Shown here piece after piece: positions 36,588 through 45,145 of a stretch of DNA of 64,000 nucleotides. This DNA comes from an uncultured virus (IMG/VR IMGVR_UViG_3300044608_000291) (taxonomy: Duplodnaviria > Heunggongvirae > Uroviricota > Caudoviricetes): the IMG/VR virus record IMGVR_UViG_3300044608_000291. One strand, written 5' to 3'. How positions within the stretch are numbered: position 1 is the first letter of the stretch; each line of letters starts with the position of its first letter. The position numbers and the translations under genes are program-made. Under the pieces are notes generated by a model. It was not told the DNA's origin and searched no databases. It saw nothing but the letters and a program-made list of their open reading frames with translations.

Positions 36588-37694
36588 ATGCAGATCAACA
36601 CCGTTCCCCTGATGACAATCGCCGACCTGCGTCGTGCTATCCCGGTGATCACGCCCTCACTGACAATGGTCATCCAATCCGAGCCCGGCTGCGGTAAGAC
36701 TTCACTACTTGCTATGGTCGCAGAAGACATGGGTGACCGTTGGCGCAAGCCCGGTGATGACTATCCGGACGACAAGTATGACTATATCTACGTGGACTGC
36801 CCAGTGAAGGACATGCAGGACATCGGCATGGTCGTGCCCAACCACGAGAAGCAGAGCCTTGAGTATTACGTCGCGTCGCTGTTCAAGATGGGTAGCGGCA
36901 AGCCGAAGTTCATCTTTCTGGATGAGCTATTGAAAGCACCGAAGATGCTGCAAGTCATCTTCACTCGGCTAATGTTGGAGCGGATGATCGGCGACGTGCC
37001 GCTGCCGAAGGGTTCGATGGTTGCTGCCACATCTAACAATGCTTCAGATGGTGTCGGTGACACGATGCTCGCCCATGCAGGTAATCGCGTGTGTCGTGTG
37101 GAGATGAAGAAGCCTGACCATGACGAGTGGGGACTCTGGGCGGCAGAGAACAATATCCATCGCTCTATCCGTACGTTCGTTGCTCTCACGCCGCGCTGTT
37201 TGAATTCATACCGTGACGGTGGGCAAGAGAATAACGAGTTCATCTTCAAGCCAAACATGGGGACGCTTTCGTTTGTCTCGCCGCGCTCGCTTGCCAAGTC
37301 GGATGTGATCGTGCGCAACCGTGATGTGTTCGGGCCACAGGCAACGCAAGCAATGCTCGCTGGCACAATCGGCGCGGCTGCGGCTGCACAGATGAGTGCG
37401 CTGATGGCTATGGATAAATCATTGGACGACGTGAAGGACATCGTGCGCGACCCGGACAACGTGTCTGTGCCTGATGACATCGCCGCGCAGTTGATGATCA
37501 TGTTGCAGGCGGTGGATACGCTCGACAATCACGATGATCTAGAGAAGTTTATGGTGTGGGTCAATCGTGTGCCGTCAGCCGAGGTCCAATCGATCTTCTT
37601 TACACAGATGGTACGCACACCCCGCGCTTCCAAACTCGCACGTCGCAACGAGGCCATCAAGAATTGGTGCATCAAGAATCACGTGTTGCTGTAA
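36588..37694 (+). CDS. MoxR-like AAA+ ATPase
   Basis: Walker A SEPGCGKT, Walker B FIFLDE, ATSN, NR finger, SPRS sensor II. Confidence 0.88.
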   Translation: MQINTVPLMTIADLRRAIPVITPSLTMVIQSEPGCGKTSLLAMVAEDMGDRWRKPGDDYPDDKYDYIYVDCPVKDMQDIGMVVPNHEKQSLEYYVASLFKMGSGKPKFIFLDELLKAPKMLQVIFTRLMLERMIGDVPLPKGSMVAATSNNASDGVGDTMLAHAGNRVCRVEMKKPDHDEWGLWAAENNIHRSIRTFVALTPRCLNSYRDGGQENNEFIFKPNMGTLSFVSPRSLAKSDVIVRNRDVFGPQATQAMLAGTIGAAAAAQMSALMAMDKSLDDVKDIVRDPDNVSVPDDIAAQLMIMLQAVDTLDNHDDLEKFMVWVNRVPSAEVQSIFFTQMVRTPRASKLARRNEAIKNWCIKNHVLL

Positions 37695-37785
37695 TGCCTG
37701 AGGCTCGGGGGAGACATTAGCGTTTCCCCTAATAGTCAAGTTGTGTTTTTGTAGTGAAAATGTAGTCCCAACGTAGGAGTCAGTC

Positions 37786-39102
37786 ATGCAAGACGTTATG
37801 TCCATAGTCGAAGAGCAGTCGATGCGTATCAAGAAAGCGCACATCGCGCTAATGCGCCAGCCAAGTACCGCGCTGTACAGTGGTGTCTTACTCATGGGTA
37901 AGAACGAGGTGATCGAGGGTAACTTCACTGCCTACACTGATGGTTTGAACAAGCGTTACTGTGCGCAGTTCCTCGCCACGCTAAGTGACCCAGAGGTACG
38001 TGCGCTGGTGCTGCACGAGAACCTGCACGTCGCACTCAATCAGTTGCTGCGCGGCAAGCACTTGTTCGAGGAGTCACGTCAGCTAGCGAATATCGCAGCG
38101 GACTTCGTTGTGAACGGGATCATCTGCAACATCCGTGTGAAGTTGCAAGGCACAGAAGAACCATTGCTCAGGTTACCCGCTGGTGGTGTGTTCGACCCGA
38201 TGTTCAACGATTGGTCTTTCCCCGAGGTATTCGCGTATCTCAAGCAGCACTGCCAGCCGAAGAACAGCGAGGGGAGCGGCAACCCCAAGCCCAGTGGTCA
38301 AGGAGATAGCGAGGGTAATCAGTCTCCTGACAGCCGTCAGGACTCTAATCAGTCAGAGAAGAACGAGATCACAGTCAATGGTCAGACGCATGACCTGACC
38401 AACGCCGACGAGCATGACATCGAGCGTGCGCAGTCGATGGATGCTGAGGCAGTGAAGAAACAATCCAAGCAGATCGAAGACGCACTGCGGCAAGGCGGTA
38501 TCCTCGCTGGTAGGCTCGGCGCAAAGATGCCACGTGCGATCACCGAGGCACTTGAGTCTGCGGTGTCGTGGCAAGACGTGCTGCGTGAGTTTGTATCCTC
38601 ACACACCAAAGGCAAGGATGAGTACACATGGCGTCGGTACAACCGTCGCTTGCTCGCTAATGATCTATACATTCCTAGCGTAATGAACGAGACAGTGGGC
38701 GAGATCGTCGTCGCCATCGACACATCAGGTTCAATCGGTCAGAAGCAACTCAACGAGATGGCAACAGAGCTTGCGTCGATATGCGAGATGTGCGAGCCCG
38801 AGACTGTGCGTGTGCTGTGGTGGGACACAAAGGTCCACTCGGAGCAGAAATTTCTACCCGAGCAATACCATCAGATCCGTACGCTCCTCAAGCCCGAGGG
38901 GGGTGGGGGTACACGGGTCAGTTGTGTCGCTGACTACATTGGGAAGAACAAGATCCCTGCCGAGTGCGTCGTCGTGTTCACTGACGGGTACGTGGAGAAT
39001 TCACCACAGTGGACGATAACGATCCCGACGCTGTGGCTTGTTACAGAGAATCGTCACTTCACCCCGCCCGCTGGTGGGCGTTCTGTTCGCATGGAGAAAT
39101 AA
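37786..39102 (+). CDS. DUF2201-type metallopeptidase plus VWA domain protein
   Basis: TAYTDG, HENLH zincin motif, N.AAD..VN, MIDAS DTSGS, GGGGT, FTDGY. Confidence 0.88.
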   Translation: MQDVMSIVEEQSMRIKKAHIALMRQPSTALYSGVLLMGKNEVIEGNFTAYTDGLNKRYCAQFLATLSDPEVRALVLHENLHVALNQLLRGKHLFEESRQLANIAADFVVNGIICNIRVKLQGTEEPLLRLPAGGVFDPMFNDWSFPEVFAYLKQHCQPKNSEGSGNPKPSGQGDSEGNQSPDSRQDSNQSEKNEITVNGQTHDLTNADEHDIERAQSMDAEAVKKQSKQIEDALRQGGILAGRLGAKMPRAITEALESAVSWQDVLREFVSSHTKGKDEYTWRRYNRRLLANDLYIPSVMNETVGEIVVAIDTSGSIGQKQLNEMATELASICEMCEPETVRVLWWDTKVHSEQKFLPEQYHQIRTLLKPEGGGGTRVSCVADYIGKNKIPAECVVVFTDGYVENSPQWTITIPTLWLVTENRHFTPPAGGRSVRMEK

Positions 39103-39106
39103 ATGA

Positions 39107-39691
39107 ATGGCTACGAACAACGAGAAGAAACGCGCAAAGAAGAATCAGATGACCGAATCATCGGTTATGTCTGTGTGGGATGCATCATTGTCAGCTTCAT
39201 CTTTATCTATCTTGGATGGTAATACCACACCGATAGGAGAGTACAGACGTGAGTACCGCAGACATCGACAGCACTACAAGAATCACATGATGGCTGCACA
39301 CGCATTCATTAAAACCATACCAAGTGAGGAAGAGATTGCTGATCTGATCATCGAGGTGTTCGGCCAGCATTCGGCGAACTTTCTTGACTTGTCGCAGTCA
39401 GACCGAGAGGAGTATGCATTCAATCTACTAGAGAAGTCCCCGCTTGAGTCTTGCATCATTCAGTTGTTTTGTGCCATGCCACATATGACATCGGTAGCCA
39501 AGTTGACGCATCGTTCATACATTCTGCCGTTCTTAGCCAACGTCGTGCGAGTTGGCTCCAAGAGTAACGACATCAATACTCTGAGGACGAGCAGCTTGCA
39601 TGATATTGCGATCTCCATCATGGATGCGATGACATACAGTTATATCAAACGTCAAATGCCGTCAGGTAAATTCGAGGAGTTAATGCCATGA
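39107..39691 (+). CDS. Hypothetical protein
   Basis: 194-aa ORF in operon. Confidence 0.65.
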   Translation: MATNNEKKRAKKNQMTESSVMSVWDASLSASSLSILDGNTTPIGEYRREYRRHRQHYKNHMMAAHAFIKTIPSEEEIADLIIEVFGQHSANFLDLSQSDREEYAFNLLEKSPLESCIIQLFCAMPHMTSVAKLTHRSYILPFLANVVRVGSKSNDINTLRTSSLHDIAISIMDAMTYSYIKRQMPSGKFEELMP

Positions 39692-40689
39692 ACATGACCA
39701 ATCCGTCCATCTTGTCCGTCACCCGTTTTGCCCACCCTCATTGCGCGGGGGAACTCAAGCATGACCCTGAGACTCTGAAACTGTGGCCCGAGCTTCAGAT
39801 CTTCGTGGCCGAGCTATGTGTTCGTTTCAATCTGTCAATTCATAGTTCAACGCTAGACGGTCTATTCTATTTGTGTACGCCCGATGGTTTCTCCGTGGGC
39901 CGCGCGTATTGCAGTCGTACCGTGAACGATAACAATGAGCAAAAAGTGATCTATCACTTTTATAGCCCATACATCTCGAAGTCACGTGGCTCTGATTCTG
40001 AGGACAAGCATACGTTTCGTAGCGAGCGTTTGCCGTATCTGATCGCCGCGCTAAAGAAAACATCCGCTTGCGACCACGCATCAGCAAGTCACTGGTTTCG
40101 CAAATTCGCAGAAGGCGCATACACCGGCGGATATTCATACATAACCCCACCGAATGTATCGAAACCAAGCGAGGGGGAGATCAAGTCACTCACGCCTGAA
40201 GACATGCTGTCACTGCTAGAGTTCATCAACGTAGTGAAACAAGGTCAGAATCCGCATCCATATGCGCTAGCCATTTCCGATGATAGGTTTAATGATCACC
40301 TGAACCACTATCGGAAACACACGATCTATCAAGATGCTGTCAGGGCAGAACGAGAGAAATTCAAGCAGTGTACGGTGCTCGCAGTAGATTCTCTGGATCA
40401 GATTGTTGTGGCTGAAGTTACCACTGAGAAAGGTCCGTACGCTGACCACAAGCTCACGATCCATTCTTCTCGACGTGTGCCGTCCGCCGTTATCGCAGAG
40501 GTCATGCCTGACATCGGCGCAACCCTCGCCATGATGCGTGTCGCTTATGAGCATGAGACTGCACACGCCAAGTATGCCCGTGGGGCGCTGCCGGTGATGG
40601 ATCGCTACAACGATGATCTAGAGATCCTGCATTATTTCCGTACAAGCGTAGGGCCGTTCTCGCCCGCACACGCTTTCATTGCCAAGTAG
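39688..40689 (+). CDS. Hypothetical protein
   Basis: 333 aa; GAGGAG SD; ATGA coupling. Confidence 0.75.
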   Translation: MNMTNPSILSVTRFAHPHCAGELKHDPETLKLWPELQIFVAELCVRFNLSIHSSTLDGLFYLCTPDGFSVGRAYCSRTVNDNNEQKVIYHFYSPYISKSRGSDSEDKHTFRSERLPYLIAALKKTSACDHASASHWFRKFAEGAYTGGYSYITPPNVSKPSEGEIKSLTPEDMLSLLEFINVVKQGQNPHPYALAISDDRFNDHLNHYRKHTIYQDAVRAEREKFKQCTVLAVDSLDQIVVAEVTTEKGPYADHKLTIHSSRRVPSAVIAEVMPDIGATLAMMRVAYEHETAHAKYARGALPVMDRYNDDLEILHYFRTSVGPFSPAHAFIAK

Positions 40690-40690
40690 C

Positions 40691-41041
40691 ATGGCGCAAA
40701 CCCCAGAAGGAAAGGTAAAGGCTAAGGTCGATAAGATCTTAGCCAAGTTCAACTGTTACTGCGTCAAGCCGGTGACGGGGGGCTACGGGTCAAGTGGTGT
40801 CCCAGACATACTTGTATTGCTTGACGGTAAGTTTATCGGTATCGAATGCAAAGCCGGGAAAGGAGAGCCCACGCTATTACAGATACATCATCTGAAACAA
40901 ATCGTAGCCAATGGTGGCTACAGCATGATCATCAGTGAGACCAACCTTCCACAACTTGAGGAAGTGCTATGCAAGATCCAGCAAAAACAAATACCACCGA
41001 GCATGGTGCTGACCGCATCTATGCGAAGTGGCGATCTGTAA
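40691..41041 (+). CDS. VRR-NUC nuclease / resolvase
   Basis: TPEGKVK...GVPDIL...FIGIECKAG..PT.LQ. Confidence 0.9.
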   Translation: MAQTPEGKVKAKVDKILAKFNCYCVKPVTGGYGSSGVPDILVLLDGKFIGIECKAGKGEPTLLQIHHLKQIVANGGYSMIISETNLPQLEEVLCKIQQKQIPPSMVLTASMRSGDL

Positions 41042-41147
41042 CCGACGTACAGAAAACATGGCGCATGTACGGTTGGGTTCCCCCGACCGAGTACCGTGAT
41101 GACTATCTGTTCAAAACTAATCGTGAGTTCTTTCAAGGAGTTTAATC

Positions 41148-41687
41148 ATGCCTCGCCCAAGTATTGCAGTAGCTAAAGTCAAAGCGTTGCTTGTGGATAA
41201 CCCAAACGCGACGATCGATGACGTACATAAACATCTTGGTTCAGGTACGCGCCATCGTGCGGGTCTGGTCTTGGAGGTTGCGAAAGGTATTCGCCCGACC
41301 ATCAAGGTATCCAAGAAAACGAAGAAGGTAAAGAAAGTTAAGGCTGATCCAGTACAACTTTCGTTGCCGCTCAACCTGCCTAAATTGCCTCCTGACAAGC
41401 GTCAGGAGACTAATTCGATCACCAAGATCCTCACTGAGCGAGGCAAACAGTACGGCTCGTTCGTCGGTCATGCGTACATCACGCAGAAGCTGAAGGCGCT
41501 GATGATTGACCACGCCAATGCAAACGCTGTGACTCTGGAAGCGGATCAGCAAGAAGCGTTGGAGATGATCGCGCACAAGATCGGGCGCATCGTCAACGGC
41601 AATCCCAACTATGCCGACTCGTGGACGGACATCGCTGGCTACGCACAGCTCGTGGCTGACCGTCTTCTCACCAATACAATCCGCTAA
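41148..41687 (+). CDS. Conserved phage protein (DUF6378-like C-terminus)
   Basis: LTERGKQYG.F...KIGRIVNG...DSW.DIAGYA. Confidence 0.75.
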   Translation: MPRPSIAVAKVKALLVDNPNATIDDVHKHLGSGTRHRAGLVLEVAKGIRPTIKVSKKTKKVKKVKADPVQLSLPLNLPKLPPDKRQETNSITKILTERGKQYGSFVGHAYITQKLKALMIDHANANAVTLEADQQEALEMIAHKIGRIVNGNPNYADSWTDIAGYAQLVADRLLTNTIR

Positions 41688-41696
41688 CGACGGACA

Positions 41697-41781
41697 GCGA
41701 CAGTGACGGAATAGGTAGACGTGGCGGACTTAAAATCCGCCGCCCTTGGGCGTGCCGGTTCGACTCCGGCCTGTCGCACCA
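41697..41781 (+). tRNA. tRNA-Leu (UAA)
   Basis: Acceptor GCGACAG/CTGTCGC, GGTAGAC D-loop, anticodon stem GCGGA/TCCGC with TAA at 41731-41733, long variable arm, GTTCGAC, encoded CCA. Confidence 0.95.
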
Positions 41782-41794
41782 TGAGGAGTAAGCC

Positions 41795-41959
41795 ATGAAA
41801 CTCTACGACGTACCCCGCAACACCCGGATCAAGGTCGAGGACTTGGAACTCGACTTCCACCACATCGATGGGATGTACAGCTATTGCAAGACAGACGACG
41901 GCGAGGTTGTGCATCTCGCTGCATGGACTGAAGTAGAGATTGTGGAGACGAAGAAATGA
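41795..41959 (+). CDS. 54-aa hypothetical protein (not in ORF track)
   Basis: GAGGAG SD; MKLYDVPRNTRIKV...HIDGMYSYC; ATGA-coupled to the next gene. Confidence 0.7.
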   Translation: MKLYDVPRNTRIKVEDLELDFHHIDGMYSYCKTDDGEVVHLAAWTEVEIVETKK

Positions 41960-42270
41960 AACATCCAATAAACGTCGAGCTCATCAAACTTGCGCAAAGA
42001 TGGGGCTATTGGGACGGCAATACAGCAGAGTTCAACGATGTCGGACTAGAAGAATTCGCCGCTGCGATCGCAGAACCTCTGCAAGCCCGGATCAAAGATC
42101 TGTACCGCCAGCTTGACGAGGCCGAGAAGCGGTTGGACCAGCAGTACAAGATGGGCATGGAATACAAGCTCGATGAGTGCATTCTAATCTTAGAACGCTT
42201 GTATGAGCGATCGGGAGAGCAATACAAACAATACCTGCATGCAGCCAGAGTTTTGAAGGGGGAAGTATGA
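41956..42270 (+). CDS. Hypothetical protein
   Basis: Coupled ORF, 104 aa. Confidence 0.7.
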   Translation: MKHPINVELIKLAQRWGYWDGNTAEFNDVGLEEFAAAIAEPLQARIKDLYRQLDEAEKRLDQQYKMGMEYKLDECILILERLYERSGEQYKQYLHAARVLKGEV

Positions 42271-42479
42271 CCCGCAAAGAACTACTCGACGAGTTACAGG
42301 AACAAGCCCGCCTACTTGGCATGAGCGCAGAGCGTGAGCTTGCACTGTGGGCGAAGATTGACGAACTAGTGAAGATTCTTCGTGCGCTGGAAGCTGTGGA
42401 CTTTGGTGCTATCTGGTCAAAGGATGCAGAGCGAGCAGCGAATAAAGCGAGAAAGATACTGAAGGAGCTGGAGAAATGA
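42267..42479 (+). CDS. Hypothetical protein
   Basis: Coupled ORF; QARLLGMSAERE. Confidence 0.7.
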   Translation: MTRKELLDELQEQARLLGMSAERELALWAKIDELVKILRALEAVDFGAIWSKDAERAANKARKILKELEK

Positions 42480-42607
42480 CCGCTTACTTCTTCATCGGCT
42501 ACACAGTTGGTATCGTGCTTGGCTATGTTATCTGGGCACCTGAGACAAGGTTCAAGAAAAACTTTGTTGATGGTATGACGTTGCGGTTTTTGTGGAGGAA
42601 GAAATGA
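42476..42607 (+). CDS. 43-aa membrane peptide (not in ORF track)
   Basis: MTAYFFIGYTVGIVLGYVIWAP...; ATGA coupling on both sides. Confidence 0.55.
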   Translation: MTAYFFIGYTVGIVLGYVIWAPETRFKKNFVDGMTLRFLWRKK

Positions 42608-42792
42608 GACGCCGCCGGTATTGCGTCATGCTCTACAAGGCCCGCAAGTTTTCGTTCGGCTACAGCAACTTTATCGTCACCCCGTATCTTGGTCGCGCGC
42701 GGTACTACGCGAAACGGTTGAAGGTAAGGGACAGGCAGATTGATGTGCGGGAACGTGGACGAGCGTATGTCCTTGCATGGAGTTGGCTATGA
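42604..42792 (+). CDS. Small basic hypothetical protein
   Basis: GGAGG SD; ATGA coupling. Confidence 0.6.
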   Translation: MRRRRYCVMLYKARKFSFGYSNFIVTPYLGRARYYAKRLKVRDRQIDVRERGRAYVLAWSWL

Positions 42793-43289
42793 GCATCGAG
42801 GCAATGAAGATGGCATTGGAGTTTATTGAATCCACAAACAAAAGCGCCGCGCTGTGGATGGTGCCGGACACTCCGTTTACCAAAACAGTTACCGCTCTTC
42901 GTAATGCTATCGAGCAGGCTGCGAAGCCGGTAGCGTGGATGTTTGACTTTATGGCAGACAACCGAGACGAGGTAATCCGGGACTGGGTTACGCAATCTCA
43001 GGATGACATCGCACGGGAAAACGGTTTTAACGTGCGACCGCTCTACGCCACACCCCCTGCCATCATGCAGAAACCCGTTGCCTACGTTGATGAAAGAATT
43101 CACGGCTGGCCTGACTGCTTTGTAATGGAGCCAGACCCACCGCATACAGTGCCGCTTTACGCAGCACCGCGCCAATGGGTCGGGCTGACGAATAAGGACA
43201 TCATTGAGATGTGGCCTGAAACATCGACGGTCGGGTGGGATGACATTCGGCTAATCGAAGCAAAGCTAAAGGAGAAAAATCATGGTTGA
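42789..43289 (+). CDS. Mosaic PVAW/WVGLT-family hypothetical protein
   Basis: MSIEAMKMALE...PVAW...PLY...WVGLT...IEAKLKEKN. Confidence 0.7.
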   Translation: MSIEAMKMALEFIESTNKSAALWMVPDTPFTKTVTALRNAIEQAAKPVAWMFDFMADNRDEVIRDWVTQSQDDIARENGFNVRPLYATPPAIMQKPVAYVDERIHGWPDCFVMEPDPPHTVPLYAAPRQWVGLTNKDIIEMWPETSTVGWDDIRLIEAKLKEKNHG

Positions 43290-43363
43290 ACTTCACTGGG
43301 CAACAATCACTTTAATTGGAATGATGTGTTTTCTTGCAGGCTACCGAATTGGGGGTATGTGAC

Positions 43364-43591
43364 ATGGCGAACATCAAACCTGTAGACATCCCCAACCAAT
43401 ACAAAGAGTCTGCACACGAGGTTTTGCAAGAGGCGATGGACGAGAACCCGGACACGGTGGTCGTGTTGTTGTTCTGGAAAGCCCAGAATCAATTCATGAT
43501 TAAGACATCTATGCAGCAAGACAGGCTGAGTCTGATCGGTGCGATTGAAGAGGCGAAGGCGAAGGTTATTAAGGATGGGTACGCATCATGA
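43364..43591 (+). CDS. Hypothetical protein
   Basis: ORF in the early cluster, ATGA-coupled downstream. Confidence 0.6.
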   Translation: MANIKPVDIPNQYKESAHEVLQEAMDENPDTVVVLLFWKAQNQFMIKTSMQQDRLSLIGAIEEAKAKVIKDGYAS

Positions 43592-43854
43592 GTGGGGATC
43601 ACAACATGAATCAGAAACCTGTGGCGTGGTTTCATGAGGAAAAATACAAGACGCATTTCACCACCGATCCCAGCGAAGACATGATTGGGAAGTATTGGCA
43701 ACCGCTTTATACCGCACCGCGAGAATGGGTCGAACTGACGGACGACGAAGCGCGTGCGCTGGTTAATCGAGCGACTTTCGGCGATAGAACCAACTGGCAG
43801 GCGTTGGTTTATATGGTCGATGCAAAGCTAAAGGAAAAGAATCATGCTGGTTAG
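43588..43854 (+). CDS. PVAW/WVGLT-family hypothetical protein
   Basis: PVAW...PLYTAPREWVELT...DAKLKEKN. Confidence 0.7.
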   Translation: MSGDHNMNQKPVAWFHEEKYKTHFTTDPSEDMIGKYWQPLYTAPREWVELTDDEARALVNRATFGDRTNWQALVYMVDAKLKEKNHAG

Positions 43855-44032
43855 CAAAGAATGCTGGGAACGAGGATGTTCCTGCTACGACGACAGAGTA
43901 GACAAAGATCCGGTAGAGGTTGTGAAACGTGAGTGGGTCGGGCTGACGGATGAGGAAGTGAACGAGTTTTATTGGATTAGCGCCTCAACTCTTGAGGCTA
44001 TCGAGGCAAAGCTGAAAAGGAGAAACACATGA
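43844..44032 (+). CDS. WVGLT-family hypothetical protein
   Basis: REWVGLTDEE...IEAKLK. Confidence 0.65.
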   Translation: MLVSKECWERGCSCYDDRVDKDPVEVVKREWVGLTDEEVNEFYWISASTLEAIEAKLKRRNT

Positions 44033-44538
44033 GCAAAGAATTTATTTCTCGTGGCGACGAGATTTACAAACCACGCTTGGCGCAGCCCGGTAAAGATGTC
44101 ATATGGGTGCCGACGCCGAGCAAGCTGATCGCACAGACATTAGAGATCGCCAAAGTCAATGAGAACGATCTTCTATTTGATCTGGGTGCGGGGGATGGCT
44201 ACGCCGTCATTGCAGCCGCACGTGACCATAATGCACGAGCAGTCGGTATCGAATTTAATCCCGACATGGCAGCGCTTGCTAGGCGAAATGTCGAACGCGC
44301 AGGAGTCTCCGATCGCGTGACCATTATCAACGGCGACATACTTCAAGAAGATTTTACGCAAGCTACAGTCATCTTCATGAATCTACGCCCAGAGCTAAAC
44401 CGACGTTTACAGCCAGCCTTGTCGCGTATGCAACCCGGCACCAGAGTAATTTCTATTGGATACGCTCTGGAGGGCTGTGAACCGAGCGATTCAGTAACCG
44501 CAGACGGCGCCACCGGCTATGTATGGGTGGTCACATGA
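44029..44538 (+). CDS. Class I SAM-dependent methyltransferase
   Basis: WVPTP, DLGAGDG, GIEFN, GDI, PGTRVIS. Confidence 0.88.
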   Translation: MSKEFISRGDEIYKPRLAQPGKDVIWVPTPSKLIAQTLEIAKVNENDLLFDLGAGDGYAVIAAARDHNARAVGIEFNPDMAALARRNVERAGVSDRVTIINGDILQEDFTQATVIFMNLRPELNRRLQPALSRMQPGTRVISIGYALEGCEPSDSVTADGATGYVWVVT

Positions 44539-44726
44539 GCATGTGTATGCAGTGTGGCTCATGGACTTCCAAGACCAAAGAGACCCGCAAAGATACCCGC
44601 TACAACTGGAAATGGAGGTGGCGTGTCTGCAATGACTGCGGACACGATTGGTCTACGTATGAGATCCCTGTGGAAAATCTAGGCGAAGTTGAACCCGCTG
44701 ACCCCAACGGCAAACTTGAACGCTAA
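44535..44726 (+). CDS. Zn-ribbon protein (NrdR N-terminus-like)
   Basis: CMQCG...ETR...RWRVCNDCGHDWSTYE. Confidence 0.7.
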   Translation: MSMCMQCGSWTSKTKETRKDTRYNWKWRWRVCNDCGHDWSTYEIPVENLGEVEPADPNGKLER

Positions 44727-44733
44727 CTACCCC

Positions 44734-44749
44734 CCTGACAACTGTCAGG
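44734..44749. promoter_or_regulatory. Palindrome A site 8 (CCTGACAACTGTCAGG)
   Basis: Perfect arms; short intergenic gap before the polymerase cluster. Confidence 0.8.
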
Positions 44750-44767
44750 AGCCTAACTGAGAAAATC

Positions 44768-45007
44768 ATGACTGAAACCAAGTATGAACCTTTACCGCTC
44801 TACCAACTCACAACCAAGGACGATGAGTTCATCTTGAAGGCGAATGGGGGTTTCCCCCAATTGCTGAACAACACAAACGAAGTCACAGTGCGGTATTACA
44901 GCAAGACACAGAAAGAGACGATCACGATGGCCGCACTGTTCCGCAAAGAGTTGCATATTGCGTTAGACATCTTCCTAGACAGGATCCGCGATGGCAACGA
45001 AAAGTAA
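44768..45007 (+). CDS. Hypothetical protein
   Basis: 79-aa ORF. Confidence 0.6.
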   Translation: MTETKYEPLPLYQLTTKDDEFILKANGGFPQLLNNTNEVTVRYYSKTQKETITMAALFRKELHIALDIFLDRIRDGNEK

Positions 45008-45145
45008 ACCCCCTGCGCTTCAATGGCCGTTCCCTGCGGTCTTACCCAAGCACAGTGCAGCTAACCCACCCCCAACAACAGAGAAAGAACGTGCGAAGCG
45101 CAAGAAAGACTTTCAATCCATGCTCAATGAAACCGGGAGCCCCCC

